Source: an uncultured Bermanella sp. (GTDB lineage Bacteria; Pseudomonadota; Gammaproteobacteria; Pseudomonadales; Oceanobacteraceae). Taken from it: 64,000 nucleotides of DNA. Location: positions 39,056-103,055 of the forward strand of contig CAJXRF010000001.1 of NCBI GenBank assembly GCA_913058575.1. Direction: 5' to 3'. The notes below the pieces were generated by a model. It ran no database searches. It had not been told where the DNA came from and saw only the letters and a program-made list of their open reading frames with translations. The translations under genes and the position numbers were made by a program. Positions within the stretch are counted from its first letter, which is position 1, and every line of letters starts with the position of its first letter. This document shows positions 26,839 to 36,748 of this stretch, piece by piece.

Positions 26839-26990
26839 GTTTTTCGATTCTGTTATTGAAAAAATGGTTTCCTGATAGAGCTGTAAGTGAAGACGCCTTA
26901 GTTGATGCATGGGCGTTAGAGCAAGACTACTGGGAAAATCAAGAGGCGGTGACCAGAACGGCCATTGTGAAAGCGTGGAAGGGTAACTAG
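26793..26990 (+). CDS. -1 frameshift extension of the tail assembly chaperone
   Basis: A-AAA-AAA at 26793-26799; the -1 frame is open to TAG at 26988-26990 (KIQDRAEQLRRDGLGFSILLLKKWFP...WALEQDYWENQ...AIVKAWKGN). Not in the ORF track. Confidence 0.8.
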   Translation, partial: KKIQDRAEQLRRDGLGFSILLLKKWFPDRAVSEDALVDAWALEQDYWENQEAVTRTAIVKAWKGN

Positions 26991-26992
26991 GC

Positions 26993-28876
26993 ATGAGCAG
27001 AGTTCAAAAGTTATTTTTTAGAATGGATCTGATAGATCGTCTAACCCAACCCGCTAATCGCGCTTTTGGTAAGTTGCACAGGTTAGTGGATAAAACTAAA
27101 ACCAAAATCAGTGGTATGGCCCAATCTGCACAAAATGGCTTTCGCAATATTGCTTTTGGTGCATTGGGCTTAGTGGGTGCGGGTCATGCCATTGCGGGGG
27201 CCATGGCTCCGGCTTTGGAAATGAATCGCGCAATGGGTGAAGTGGCTTCTTTGGGGGTACATGAATCTGAATTAAACAATCTAAAAAACACCGCCATGAA
27301 CTTTGCAGAACAGTACGGCGAAAGTGCCTCTGAATTTGTTTCAGCCTCATACGACATACAAAGCGCCATTGGTGGATTAGCCAATGGTGAGTTAGCGGCG
27401 TTTACAAAAGCCAGTGGTGTATTGGCAGTGGCCACCAAAAGTGATGCAAGCGTAATAACGGATTACGTGGGCACCATGTATGGAATTTTTCAAACTCAAG
27501 CGGACGCCATGGGCAAAGCAGCTTGGGTGAATAAGTTGGCAGGGCAAACAGCCAGCGCGGTACAAATGTTTAAAACCACAGGCTCTGAAATGGCGGGGGC
27601 GTTTAGTTCGCTTGGTGCAGGTGCTAACACTGCGGGTATTGCCATGACAGAGCAGATGGCGGTTTTAGGGACGTTACAGGCCACCATGAGTGGCAGTGAA
27701 GCGGGCACCAAGTACAGAGCATTTTTAAAAGGGGTAGGAAAGGCCCAAGACAAGCTAGGGATGCAATTCACAGACAGTGCGGGCCGTATGCTGCCCATGG
27801 TGCAGATTTTAGAAAAGCTGAAGGGTAAGTTCGGTGCCATGGATAAAACGGCTGATTCTGTGGCGTTACAGGAAGCCTTTGGCAGTAGCCAAGCAGTGGG
27901 CTTGATTCAGTTGTTGTCGTCAAAAGTAGGCGGGCTTAATTCAAGTATTGCTGAGTTAGGCAATCAAAAGGGCATGGAGAAGGCTGAAGAAATGGCAAGG
28001 GCCATAGTAGATCCTTGGGATCAGTTCGCAGCATCTGTGCGTAACCTGCGCATTGCTATGGGTGATTTATTGTTACCGGTTCTTAACCCATTAATTGAAA
28101 AAATGTCTGGTGGTATTCAAACCCTTAGAAAGTGGTCGGTGATGTTTCCTAATTTATCAAAGGCCGTGGGAGCGCTGGCGTTGGTGGTACTGGGCTTTGT
28201 GGGTGTAATGGCCTTATTGAGTTTAGGCGCTGGCATAGCCCAAGTGGCTTGGGGCGGCATGATGATCATGTGGGCCGCTATGACGCCCTTAATTTGGTTG
28301 AAAAATGCGGCATTAGTGGCACTGAGTACAAGCTGGTTTTTAGTGAATGTAGTGGCGGCGGCTTTCCCTGGCTTCTGGTTAGTGGCGGCACTGGTGGCCG
28401 TAGTGGCGGGCATTTATTTATTGGTGAAATACTGGGATGACTTGAAAGCAGCACTGGGTGAACAGGAATGGTTCAAAGCCATTGTGAGCATGGTAGATAC
28501 GGTTTCTAACAAGTTAACCGAGCTGGGCAATAGCAAGTGGTTTGAAGGGCTCACAAAAGCATTTGTGTTTGTTAAAAACCAATTTATGGATTTGGTTAAA
28601 TTCATTGCCGAAAATAATCCCATTCAATTAGTGGCTGATGGCATTGGAACATTGGTAGACAAGTTGGGCTTGGGTGAAGACATAAGCATTGATGAAACCA
28701 AAAAGTCTGTAAGGGAATCGGTTTCTAATGTGAGTGTGGCAGGCATGGGCGGCGGTGGCATTCAACAAGACATTGCCAATATTTCTAACAAAGGAAATCA
28801 CATTGAAAATATGACCGTGGTGAGTCCTTCGGCGGTGAATGGCGCTTCCCTTAAAGATGAATTCGAGATGATCTGA
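26993..28876 (+). CDS. Tail tape measure protein (TP901 family core)
   Basis: Ala/Gly-rich helical protein; LGTLQATMSGSEAGTKYRAFL, GRMLPMVQILEKL; central hydrophobic region. Confidence 0.93.
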   Translation: MSRVQKLFFRMDLIDRLTQPANRAFGKLHRLVDKTKTKISGMAQSAQNGFRNIAFGALGLVGAGHAIAGAMAPALEMNRAMGEVASLGVHESELNNLKNTAMNFAEQYGESASEFVSASYDIQSAIGGLANGELAAFTKASGVLAVATKSDASVITDYVGTMYGIFQTQADAMGKAAWVNKLAGQTASAVQMFKTTGSEMAGAFSSLGAGANTAGIAMTEQMAVLGTLQATMSGSEAGTKYRAFLKGVGKAQDKLGMQFTDSAGRMLPMVQILEKLKGKFGAMDKTADSVALQEAFGSSQAVGLIQLLSSKVGGLNSSIAELGNQKGMEKAEEMARAIVDPWDQFAASVRNLRIAMGDLLLPVLNPLIEKMSGGIQTLRKWSVMFPNLSKAVGALALVVLGFVGVMALLSLGAGIAQVAWGGMMIMWAAMTPLIWLKNAALVALSTSWFLVNVVAAAFPGFWLVAALVAVVAGIYLLVKYWDDLKAALGEQEWFKAIVSMVDTVSNKLTELGNSKWFEGLTKAFVFVKNQFMDLVKFIAENNPIQLVADGIGTLVDKLGLGEDISIDETKKSVRESVSNVSVAGMGGGGIQQDIANISNKGNHIENMTVVSPSAVNGASLKDEFEMI

Positions 28877-29199
28877 TGAATACTGATTTGGTGTTAGTGG
28901 ATGGTGATTTATTGATTGACGGTAACGGTGACCCCATTTTTTTTAATGGGAAGCAAGTCATTGAGCAGTCATTAAGAAACCGAATTTTTGAGCATAATTT
29001 CATGGTAGACATGATTGGTGATAGAAGCCCCACTAATCGCCAAGCGGTTTATCAAGCCATTAAACGTGAAGTGGAAACAGACGAACGAATTGTGCCAGGC
29101 ACGTGCACGGTAGCTGAAGAAAATAACAGCCTAAGCATTTACACCAAAAGTGTTGATGGTGATGAACTTAATTTATTTTATAACTTAGATGATTTCTAA
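28876..29199 (+). CDS. Baseplate wedge protein (DUF2590-like)
   Basis: DLLIDGNGDP, VETDERIVPGT. Confidence 0.78.
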   Translation: MNTDLVLVDGDLLIDGNGDPIFFNGKQVIEQSLRNRIFEHNFMVDMIGDRSPTNRQAVYQAIKREVETDERIVPGTCTVAEENNSLSIYTKSVDGDELNLFYNLDDF

Positions 29200-29220
29200 G
29201 TATCAAATTTAAAAAGACAG

Positions 29221-30420
29221 GTGACTTTAGTGAGTGACGATCTACAAAAGTTTAAAGCCAGTGTTAAAACCATGATGGCGGAAACCATGCCAACCGATGA
29301 AACGGGCCTAAAAGCAAAATGGCAGTTGGTAGGTGATGAAAATGGCGTGGATGTGAAAGCTGAAGACAGCTTCAACCCGTTTTGGCGTATGTTAAGTGCA
29401 CTTACTAGCACACCTGTTTTGTGGTTGATTGATTTCATGAGCGAAAAGGTAATGCCTAACCAGTATCTAAAGTATGCAAGTGGTGATGCTCTGCAAGATA
29501 TAGCTTGGGGCATGGACGTTGAAAAGAAGACTGAAAAGAAATGTCAGGTGATGATTACCTTCACCCGTGTGGAAATAGATGGCACTTTGGATGTGCCTGT
29601 TGATACATGGATACATTCCCCTGAAATAAATGGCGTGATTTATAAATTAAGAACTCTTGCCCTCGCGCAGTTTGCCATTGGCGAATTGGAAATTGATATT
29701 TTGTGTGAAGCAGAACAAGCAGGTGAAGCCTACAACTTAGGAACGGGTTATTACCATGTATTGCCAAAAGAGGTGAGCGGAGTGATTGCGGTGACCAATA
29801 AAGATTCATCTATTGTATCCCCTGGTCAAGATGAAGAAAGTGACGAAGATTTAAGGGCGCGCACCCGTGACAAATGGAGTACTCAATATAGTTGGCATGC
29901 CGATGTGGTGTATAGAAGCATTGTTTCTGAATTTGATGGGGTAGACAGTGACGCTATTTGGTTTGACAGGGCTACACCTAGAAGTGAAAACAGTGCTGAT
30001 ATTTTATTATTGTTTGAAGCGGGTGAACCTTCACAAACTTTCCTAGATAGCATTAATGAAGAAATTAAAAGTAACGAGCTAACAGGCTTGGGTGATGATG
30101 TACTTGTAAAAGGCATTAGCCGAATAGGGCAAGACATTGTTTGCAATTATTCAAGTGTACCAGGCTTAACGGATGATCAAGAAACCACTTTAAAAACTGA
30201 CCTCATGAATTTCATTGGTGCGGCCTTTCGTGAAAATACAGGCTCAGGTTGGAGCGTGACTAAAACACAACCTTATGATGATTTTTCGTTTGGCTTGTTA
30301 ACTCATGAAATGTTCAGCGCTTTCTCTGGAAAAATTAAAAACCTTCGTTTTGAAAATGATGATGTGGTGAGTGAATTGTGGGTGCCAAGCATTCAAACCC
30401 TAGCGGTGAATAAAATATGA
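29221..30420 (+). CDS. Baseplate J-like protein
   Basis: FNPFWRML, CEAEQAGEAYNLGTGYY, GQDEESDEDLRARTR, LTGLGDDV. Confidence 0.9.
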   Translation: MTLVSDDLQKFKASVKTMMAETMPTDETGLKAKWQLVGDENGVDVKAEDSFNPFWRMLSALTSTPVLWLIDFMSEKVMPNQYLKYASGDALQDIAWGMDVEKKTEKKCQVMITFTRVEIDGTLDVPVDTWIHSPEINGVIYKLRTLALAQFAIGELEIDILCEAEQAGEAYNLGTGYYHVLPKEVSGVIAVTNKDSSIVSPGQDEESDEDLRARTRDKWSTQYSWHADVVYRSIVSEFDGVDSDAIWFDRATPRSENSADILLLFEAGEPSQTFLDSINEEIKSNELTGLGDDVLVKGISRIGQDIVCNYSSVPGLTDDQETTLKTDLMNFIGAAFRENTGSGWSVTKTQPYDDFSFGLLTHEMFSAFSGKIKNLRFENDDVVSELWVPSIQTLAVNKI

Positions 30421-30938
30421 TTCAGTTAAAGCTACCTAATTGGGCACAAGGGCTTTTTTTAACCCGCTTAGTGGTGGCCATACAAGCATGGTTTGAGCAG
30501 GTTGAAAGCTGGGTTAACTGGCCCTTACAGCAATTAGATGTTCGAACATGCCACCCTGATTTATTAGAGGCAATCGCTTATCAAAGATACGTTAGACCCA
30601 TTAAAGGTGAATCAATTGATTTGTACCGATTGCGTATTCATACCGCATTTTTGAACGCACAAGATGCAGGCACCACCAGCGGCCTAAAACGTATTTTAGA
30701 GCGCTTGGGAATAGAGGTGGTTGGTGTGAGTGAAAAGATACCAGGAAGACATTGGGCGATTGTGGAAATAGAAATTTCTGACGCTTCATTTTCTCAGCAT
30801 GGGAGCGTCCTTCAAGAAATAATGTCTGCTTATGGGCGACTATGCCGAACCTATGAAATGAAAGTAAATAGTCAATTAAAAATGAATGTGCGTGTGGGTG
30901 CCGCGCGTTTTATTTCAAGAACCGTGATTGCTAAATAG
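30417..30938 (+). CDS. Tail/baseplate protein I-like
   Basis: LKLPNW, LEAIAYQR, AQDAGTTSGLKRILERLG, YGRLCRTY. Confidence 0.85.
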   Translation: MIQLKLPNWAQGLFLTRLVVAIQAWFEQVESWVNWPLQQLDVRTCHPDLLEAIAYQRYVRPIKGESIDLYRLRIHTAFLNAQDAGTTSGLKRILERLGIEVVGVSEKIPGRHWAIVEIEISDASFSQHGSVLQEIMSAYGRLCRTYEMKVNSQLKMNVRVGAARFISRTVIAK

Positions 30939-30949
30939 GATTATTAAAC

Positions 30950-33628
30950 ATGTCAACGTTAACAACAGCAGGCGAAAACTATTTAGCGGCTAAAAACGCA
31001 GCACAACAAGTGCCCGTGGTTACTTCGTTTGTGTATGCCAATATTAGTGGGCTGGATACTAGTGTGGTTCCCCCTAAATCAGAATTGATGCCTGTCGCTG
31101 AAAGTATTGTTGATGAGCAACCTGTGACCAGTGTTGGCCGTGTAAATGATAATCAGGTGGTGCATTCAAATATTTTGCCTAATACGTTGGGCGGGTATGA
31201 CTATAACTGGGTTGGCCTTAAAACAGATGACGGAACTTTATTGTCTGTGCTGTATACGCCGTTACAGAAAAAACATAAGCGAGATGAAACACAAATTGGT
31301 GACAATCAAAATTGGAATTTCATCACGGAATACAATGGATTGGCAGAACTGGCCCAAATTGATATTGCGGCTGAAAGTTGGCAGTTGGACACCACCACCC
31401 GCTTGGAAAAAATGGACAGTTACTCCACGTCTAGTTTGTTGGATTTGTTTGGTAATGAAGCCTTTATTGAAGATGGTTTTCAGGTTTACCAGAGTGGCGC
31501 AAATCATAAGGTTAGGGCGGGTGTGGCTTATGTTAAGGGTTTGCGCGTTGAGCTTGGTGCTGAGTTACCTTTGATTGCGGGAAGTTTGCCTGGTGTGGTT
31601 TTCATAGATTCATATTATGAATATGTGGGGCTTGAGCGGGTTATAAAGTTTGATGTTAGAAATGAAAGTGACTTACCTGGCGAATATACGGATGCACTTG
31701 GTAACGAACATAAAATCGTACACATTGCAGATATTGATATTTATGGTTTGGTTAATGATGTAAGAAAAATAATTGGTGCAAACTCTGCTTCTGAAATTCC
31801 CTATAAAATTTACCAAACATTAGATGAAGCTGTGCAGGATAAATACTTGCGCGTTAAGCAACCCGTTAAAGTTATTGTGAATGGAACGAATTATGTAGTG
31901 GTTGAAACGGGCACGGGTGTTGCTGATGGCACTGGTTTTTTTGTTGACCTGGACAACGGAAAACAACTGGCTGTCATTAGAAAAAATGTGGCTAGAAATA
32001 TTGCAGAGCTTAGGGCGTTTAATCCTGAATATGATGGCCAAGAAATAATGCTATTAGGCCATACCAAAGCGGGTAAGGGTGGCGGGGCGTGGTTTTTTGA
32101 TATGGGTGACACTGAAAGTCCAGATAACAACGGAACGTGTCTGATGAACCCATTTGGTAAACGCTTAAAACGTAAGATTAATGGTGTGCCTGATCTTTTC
32201 ATGTTTGGTTGTTTGGGTGATGGTAGTGATGACAGTGTGGGCTTTCAAAATGCAGCCACTGCGGGGGATTTTTATATTCCTAAATGTGATGTGCATTTTT
32301 TAGTGGGTGACATAGTCGTACCTGCGGGCCGAATTATTACGGGTGAAAGCTCTTATATATATACGGCCTTTAATGCCGAGGATGTGGAAGGGTTGGGCGC
32401 GGTGGTTTATGACGTTAATAAGGATACGTTCATTTCTTGGGGGATGAATTGTGAAATCAGCCAGTGCACGTTTCATGGTGTGGATAGGTCACGGCCTTTT
32501 CAAGAAGGCAATGACGGCGGTTTAAAATTATTTAAGGTGGCCGTTTTTCGCTGTGAAGTGGGGTTTGGTCGAACCAACCACTACACAATGGGTAACTGTC
32601 GTTTATTGATGTGCCACTTCTCGGGAAATACGCGGGGTATTGCTGGCTTGGTGGATTCTCATGTAGTCGTAGGGGAGGTCAATGCGAATGAAACTTGTGG
32701 AGTGAGAATTTCCGCAGGTTGTAATGATACCGTTTACATGGATATTAAAAACGAGTGGAACAATACAAGCGCCTATGAAGTTTACGGGGGACAATCATCT
32801 GTACAAATTAGTGGAGGGATTGCAGATCGGAGCGGGGAGTCAGCGTTTTCAGTAACTAATAATGCTGGGCTGCGGGTGACTAATGTGACGATGCGCAGAA
32901 GTGGCAGGCTATCACAATCAAATGAAGAACAAGATTGTCATATAGCTTTGCGTGGTGGCAGCGCTAAAAAAGTGAAATTTATTGATTGTGATACAGCGAC
33001 AGGCGGAGATGATGGTGGAGGCGGTTATGTTTCGCCAGCACGGGCGATTGTTGCAAGTAACACAAATTCTATTGTAGGGCTGGTGAGTGGTTGTGATTTG
33101 ACGGGGGTGACCACGGAAATATTTAAGCAAAGAAACGGCGGCTCATTAACGATTAATTCATTTGTGGCCAATGACGTTGATGGCGTTGCTTATGGCAGTA
33201 GTGTGACCATGCTGAATGCCGAAGGTAATAATGGAATGCCTGATATACAAACCATTGCCGACTATGGCTCTATGATTTATCGGGGCGGTACAGATAACAT
33301 TACACAGGCGACAGATGTTCTATTGAGCGACCTGACCTCTGTTGATTTATATAATCGTTATGCCTACGACATTAATATAATTGCCAGAGACCCTGCTGAC
33401 GATACTTTTACCATTACGCAAGACTTAAAATTGATTGTGCAAAGGGGTAGTGGTAATGCGTCTTTACAATTGGAAAGCCGATACGACTCACATAGTTTAC
33501 TGGTTGTCTCAGCTAATATTGAAGTCATTAATGAGGCGGGCGATAAAGATGGATCGATCATAACCCTTACTGTGACGCCTAGCCGAGAGTTGCAGGTGGA
33601 GTCGTTAACAGTGCGAGTGGCTTATTGA
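30950..33628 (+). CDS. Tail fibre/tailspike hybrid receptor-binding protein
   Basis: P2-type baseplate-binding N-terminus (LTTAGENY, GGYDYNWVGL, AAESWQLD), tailspike neck (NIAELRA...GKGGGAWF), FGCLGDGSDDSVGFQNA beta-helix entry motif, Gly/Asn/Cys-rich beta-helix, C-terminal beta-sandwich. Confidence 0.88.
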   Translation: MSTLTTAGENYLAAKNAAQQVPVVTSFVYANISGLDTSVVPPKSELMPVAESIVDEQPVTSVGRVNDNQVVHSNILPNTLGGYDYNWVGLKTDDGTLLSVLYTPLQKKHKRDETQIGDNQNWNFITEYNGLAELAQIDIAAESWQLDTTTRLEKMDSYSTSSLLDLFGNEAFIEDGFQVYQSGANHKVRAGVAYVKGLRVELGAELPLIAGSLPGVVFIDSYYEYVGLERVIKFDVRNESDLPGEYTDALGNEHKIVHIADIDIYGLVNDVRKIIGANSASEIPYKIYQTLDEAVQDKYLRVKQPVKVIVNGTNYVVVETGTGVADGTGFFVDLDNGKQLAVIRKNVARNIAELRAFNPEYDGQEIMLLGHTKAGKGGGAWFFDMGDTESPDNNGTCLMNPFGKRLKRKINGVPDLFMFGCLGDGSDDSVGFQNAATAGDFYIPKCDVHFLVGDIVVPAGRIITGESSYIYTAFNAEDVEGLGAVVYDVNKDTFISWGMNCEISQCTFHGVDRSRPFQEGNDGGLKLFKVAVFRCEVGFGRTNHYTMGNCRLLMCHFSGNTRGIAGLVDSHVVVGEVNANETCGVRISAGCNDTVYMDIKNEWNNTSAYEVYGGQSSVQISGGIADRSGESAFSVTNNAGLRVTNVTMRRSGRLSQSNEEQDCHIALRGGSAKKVKFIDCDTATGGDDGGGGYVSPARAIVASNTNSIVGLVSGCDLTGVTTEIFKQRNGGSLTINSFVANDVDGVAYGSSVTMLNAEGNNGMPDIQTIADYGSMIYRGGTDNITQATDVLLSDLTSVDLYNRYAYDINIIARDPADDTFTITQDLKLIVQRGSGNASLQLESRYDSHSLLVVSANIEVINEAGDKDGSIITLTVTPSRELQVESLTVRVAY

Positions 33629-33692
33629 ATTACTAAGAAGATTTTTAAAATAATATTGAAATTTGTATTGGTTAAATCAGAGGGTATTAGGC

Positions 33693-34556
33693 ATGGCATG
33701 GCAAAGCATTAACCCAGCTTTACCCGCCGCTATTGGCGACACACACACAAGCATTGCCAGTGTGTGTGGTGCCATATCGGCAACGGTATCAAGCCAAAAG
33801 ACACTTATTGATTCTATTGCCCTTTCACCTGTAAACGGCGGCCTTGCTGTAGATGCTGGGGCGTTGGATTTTACTGACTTTCAACGTTTGTTAAGGGGTG
33901 AATATTGGAGCGCTATCATTCACTCTTTCCAGGAGGGCATTGGCCAAGGGCAGATTAAAAAAACTTTATCGGCACCTAACGCAGTAAAAGCTCTAGCTAA
34001 AAAATTAGTAGATGGTGAGTTTGAACAAGATTCACAAGCTTGTGTGTTGGTGATGTTAACCGCTAATAATTATTCTGTGTTGCAACAAGCCTGTGAAGAA
34101 ATGGGGCAGTGGTTGTGCTGGCCTGAACTGATTAGCACGGCGCATAGGGCGCGGGATTTGTTGCGCTCTGTTGAATATGAAAACTCACAGGTGTTGGCCC
34201 CGTTTGTTAATTCTTTTGTGGGTATCAATGAAAAAAACATATTGGGTGATTTGCCTAGCTTGATGGCTCTTGCAGAAGGCCACCAGGAACAAAGCCCTAA
34301 TGATGAGTTAAGCGCTTTGCTAGATGAAAAAGAAGCATTGGCCAGCACCTATGCCGATGTACTCACCAGTATTACAGATTTAGTGCCCACACTAAGTGTG
34401 AACGTAAATTACACCACGGCGGACAATCTAGAGGGGCTAGCCAGTAACTTAAATAGTCTTGATGAATTGGGTCATGAAAATAGTCACTGTGTGTTGATGG
34501 CTTTGGGCGGCACGGTGGACAACTTGCAACACTGGCGCGAGGTGTTTGGATTATGA
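33693..34556 (+). CDS. Conserved HP1-like tail-region protein
   Basis: LSAPNAVKALAKKLVDG; position between the fibre and hub genes; track start is 33663. Confidence 0.65.
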   Translation: MAWQSINPALPAAIGDTHTSIASVCGAISATVSSQKTLIDSIALSPVNGGLAVDAGALDFTDFQRLLRGEYWSAIIHSFQEGIGQGQIKKTLSAPNAVKALAKKLVDGEFEQDSQACVLVMLTANNYSVLQQACEEMGQWLCWPELISTAHRARDLLRSVEYENSQVLAPFVNSFVGINEKNILGDLPSLMALAEGHQEQSPNDELSALLDEKEALASTYADVLTSITDLVPTLSVNVNYTTADNLEGLASNLNSLDELGHENSHCVLMALGGTVDNLQHWREVFGL

Positions 34557-34566
34557 GTGTTTTATC

Positions 34567-35103
34567 ATGAGAATAGGTGAATACGATATACCCACAGATG
34601 AAATGCAATTGTCTTGTGATTTGGGTATTAATGAAAGTTCTATGGGGGGGAATTCATCTAGTACATCAAGCAGCCACAAAGGATTTGAAGCCAAGGTTTT
34701 AAACGTGTCATTAATTATTAGTTTTGATGAAAGACTAGTTGTTGCTGACATTGTTGGTTTGGCTCAATCATTGGAAGACGATGGCAGCCAAACGGTTTAC
34801 ACCATTGTTAATGACACTGCCGAAGTCATGGGGATTCAAAAGGTTAGATTTTCAAGCAAGTTTTCTTTACGAGAATTGGGCAACCACAAACAAGGGTGGC
34901 GTTTATCGTTTACCTTGCGCGAGCATGAAAGTGTGGCAGAACGTAAAGCCGAAAAACTAACAACAGATGCACCCACTACGTCAGCACCATCACCAGGGGC
35001 AGCAGCCAGCCCAACGGAAAGTGAAGAAACAAAAGAGCAATTAACCAGTATTGAAAAAGTGATGCAAAAAGTAGACGGGGTAATTGCTGAATGGAACAGC
35101 TGA
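34567..35103 (+). CDS. Baseplate complex protein
   Basis: SHKGFEAKVLNVSL, YTIVNDTAE, WRLSFTLREHESVAERK; track start is 34546. Confidence 0.72.
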   Translation: MRIGEYDIPTDEMQLSCDLGINESSMGGNSSSTSSSHKGFEAKVLNVSLIISFDERLVVADIVGLAQSLEDDGSQTVYTIVNDTAEVMGIQKVRFSSKFSLRELGNHKQGWRLSFTLREHESVAERKAEKLTTDAPTTSAPSPGAAASPTESEETKEQLTSIEKVMQKVDGVIAEWNS

Positions 35104-35780
35104 ATTTCATTCAAACTATCACCATAGGTGATGACGCGTTTAAGGTGATTGACAGTGATGTGCTGTTAACCTTAAACCGTTTTGGCCGTGGTCGTTTTCT
35201 AATTGAGGCACAGGAGAAACCATCACAAGGCTTGGTGAAATTTGTGAGTGGTTACAAGGGCAGAAATTCAACTCAGTGGTTAACAGGATTTATTGAGTCG
35301 GTGGTGGAAGTTGAGCAAAACCAATGGCGGGTTTTTTGTCGTGAATTAAGTGCGGTTTATTATTCTATCTGCCCAATTGCACTGCGTAATGTGAGCCTAA
35401 CAGAAGTAACCAAAGCATTATTTGATTTAAAGTCGGTGGGGTTCTCTGCCCCTGATATGCCTTATTCGAAAACTAAAGCGGCTTGTTTTAATTCATGGGA
35501 CCGTGGCTTGGATGCCATAGAGCAATTAGGGCGGGTGTTTTCTATAGATGACTTTGTGTGGTATTTGCAAGATGACCAATCTATTTTTGTAGGCAGCCAT
35601 AAAGACTCTATTTTTAATGGCCATGATTTCCCCATTGCCAGAAGTGCCTTTAAACAGCTAACCAGCATGGATGGCATATTGGGTTTGGTGCCCGGCTTGC
35701 GCCCTGGCTTTTCTGTTAACCAAAAGCGTATTCAGCAGGTGCGCATTAAAAATGAAAACATGGTGTTGGAATGGTTTTAA
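35091..35780 (+). CDS. Baseplate hub/tail protein (gpD-like)
   Basis: GRGRFLI, RVFCRELS, FVWYLQDDQSIFVGSHKDS, VPGLRPG. Confidence 0.75.
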   Translation: MEQLNFIQTITIGDDAFKVIDSDVLLTLNRFGRGRFLIEAQEKPSQGLVKFVSGYKGRNSTQWLTGFIESVVEVEQNQWRVFCRELSAVYYSICPIALRNVSLTEVTKALFDLKSVGFSAPDMPYSKTKAACFNSWDRGLDAIEQLGRVFSIDDFVWYLQDDQSIFVGSHKDSIFNGHDFPIARSAFKQLTSMDGILGLVPGLRPGFSVNQKRIQQVRIKNENMVLEWF

Positions 35781-36748
35781 AGCAGATTAGAAGAATCATT
35801 AAAGATTCATTGCCTGGTATTCATGCCGATATATTAGCGCCCCGTGAAGGGGTGGTGGTGAATGTTGGCCGTGCATCTAAAGAGGCGGTTTTGTCTGATG
35901 AATTCATGCCCGTGTATGCGGTGGATGTTCAACTTTTAAATGCAGCAGGTGAGCCAGATGAATTAATACCGGTTCTTCAATCGTTACCCTTGCCACTAAA
36001 TAACGGCGGCGGTGAATCGGGCTTCTATGGCGCACCACAAGAAGGAATGAAAGTGGTGGTGTCATTTATTTATGGGCTGCCTAATAAGCCCTACATTCAA
36101 ACGGTATTACCTAGCAACGCCAGTGTGCCAGGCATAAAGCGTGGGGATATGATCTGGACACAAGGTGAAGGCATAAGCCAAAGCATAGATCGTGCGGGCA
36201 ACTGGAAGCGCGAGACAAACAAAACCATAACCGATACCTGCGACACCATGACCACCAACGCCCGTGAACAAAATGAAAATATTGGCATCCGTAATACAAA
36301 AGTGAAAGGCCATTGGCTAGTGAAGTGCTTTGGCTTCTTCAAGGTGAAAGCCTTTGGCTCTGTTAGTATTTTGTCGGGGGCGCGTATGAACTTATCAGCG
36401 GCGGAAACATTAAACCTAACCAGCGTGAATGATTTGAATATAAACACCGCGCAAAAGCTAACGGCCAAAGCCAAAAAGGAAATTGATGTTTCAACGGATG
36501 ATGCACTGTCAATGGAAGCTGTAAAAGACTTGAGTTTAAAAACAGGGGCCAAATGTTACCTTGGTAATGATCAAGTGAACCTAGTGAAAGCGGTTTCTGA
36601 CTTGGCTGAGCAAGTGGGTAAGATTGCAACTTTCACAGGTGCCCAATTATATGGTGGTGTTGGTTCGGCGGCTATACCAGGTAACCCAGCGGAATTGGCT
36701 GGGCCCTTGGTGACTGAAATTAAGACTGGGGTTGATGGGTTGTTGTAG
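35771..36748 (+). CDS. Baseplate spike protein (gpV-like)
   Basis: YAVDVQLL, GGGESGFYGAPQEG...VVSFIYGLPNKPYIQTVL OB-fold region, followed by beta-helical repeats. Confidence 0.8.
   Translation: MVLKQIRRIIKDSLPGIHADILAPREGVVVNVGRASKEAVLSDEFMPVYAVDVQLLNAAGEPDELIPVLQSLPLPLNNGGGESGFYGAPQEGMKVVVSFIYGLPNKPYIQTVLPSNASVPGIKRGDMIWTQGEGISQSIDRAGNWKRETNKTITDTCDTMTTNAREQNENIGIRNTKVKGHWLVKCFGFFKVKAFGSVSILSGARMNLSAAETLNLTSVNDLNINTAQKLTAKAKKEIDVSTDDALSMEAVKDLSLKTGAKCYLGNDQVNLVKAVSDLAEQVGKIATFTGAQLYGGVGSAAIPGNPAELAGPLVTEIKTGVDGLL

Noticed and set aside
30950-33628. Diversity-generating retroelement or invertible tail-fibre cassette
   Set aside because: No reverse transcriptase, no template/variable repeat pair, no second fibre end or inverted crossover sites seen.
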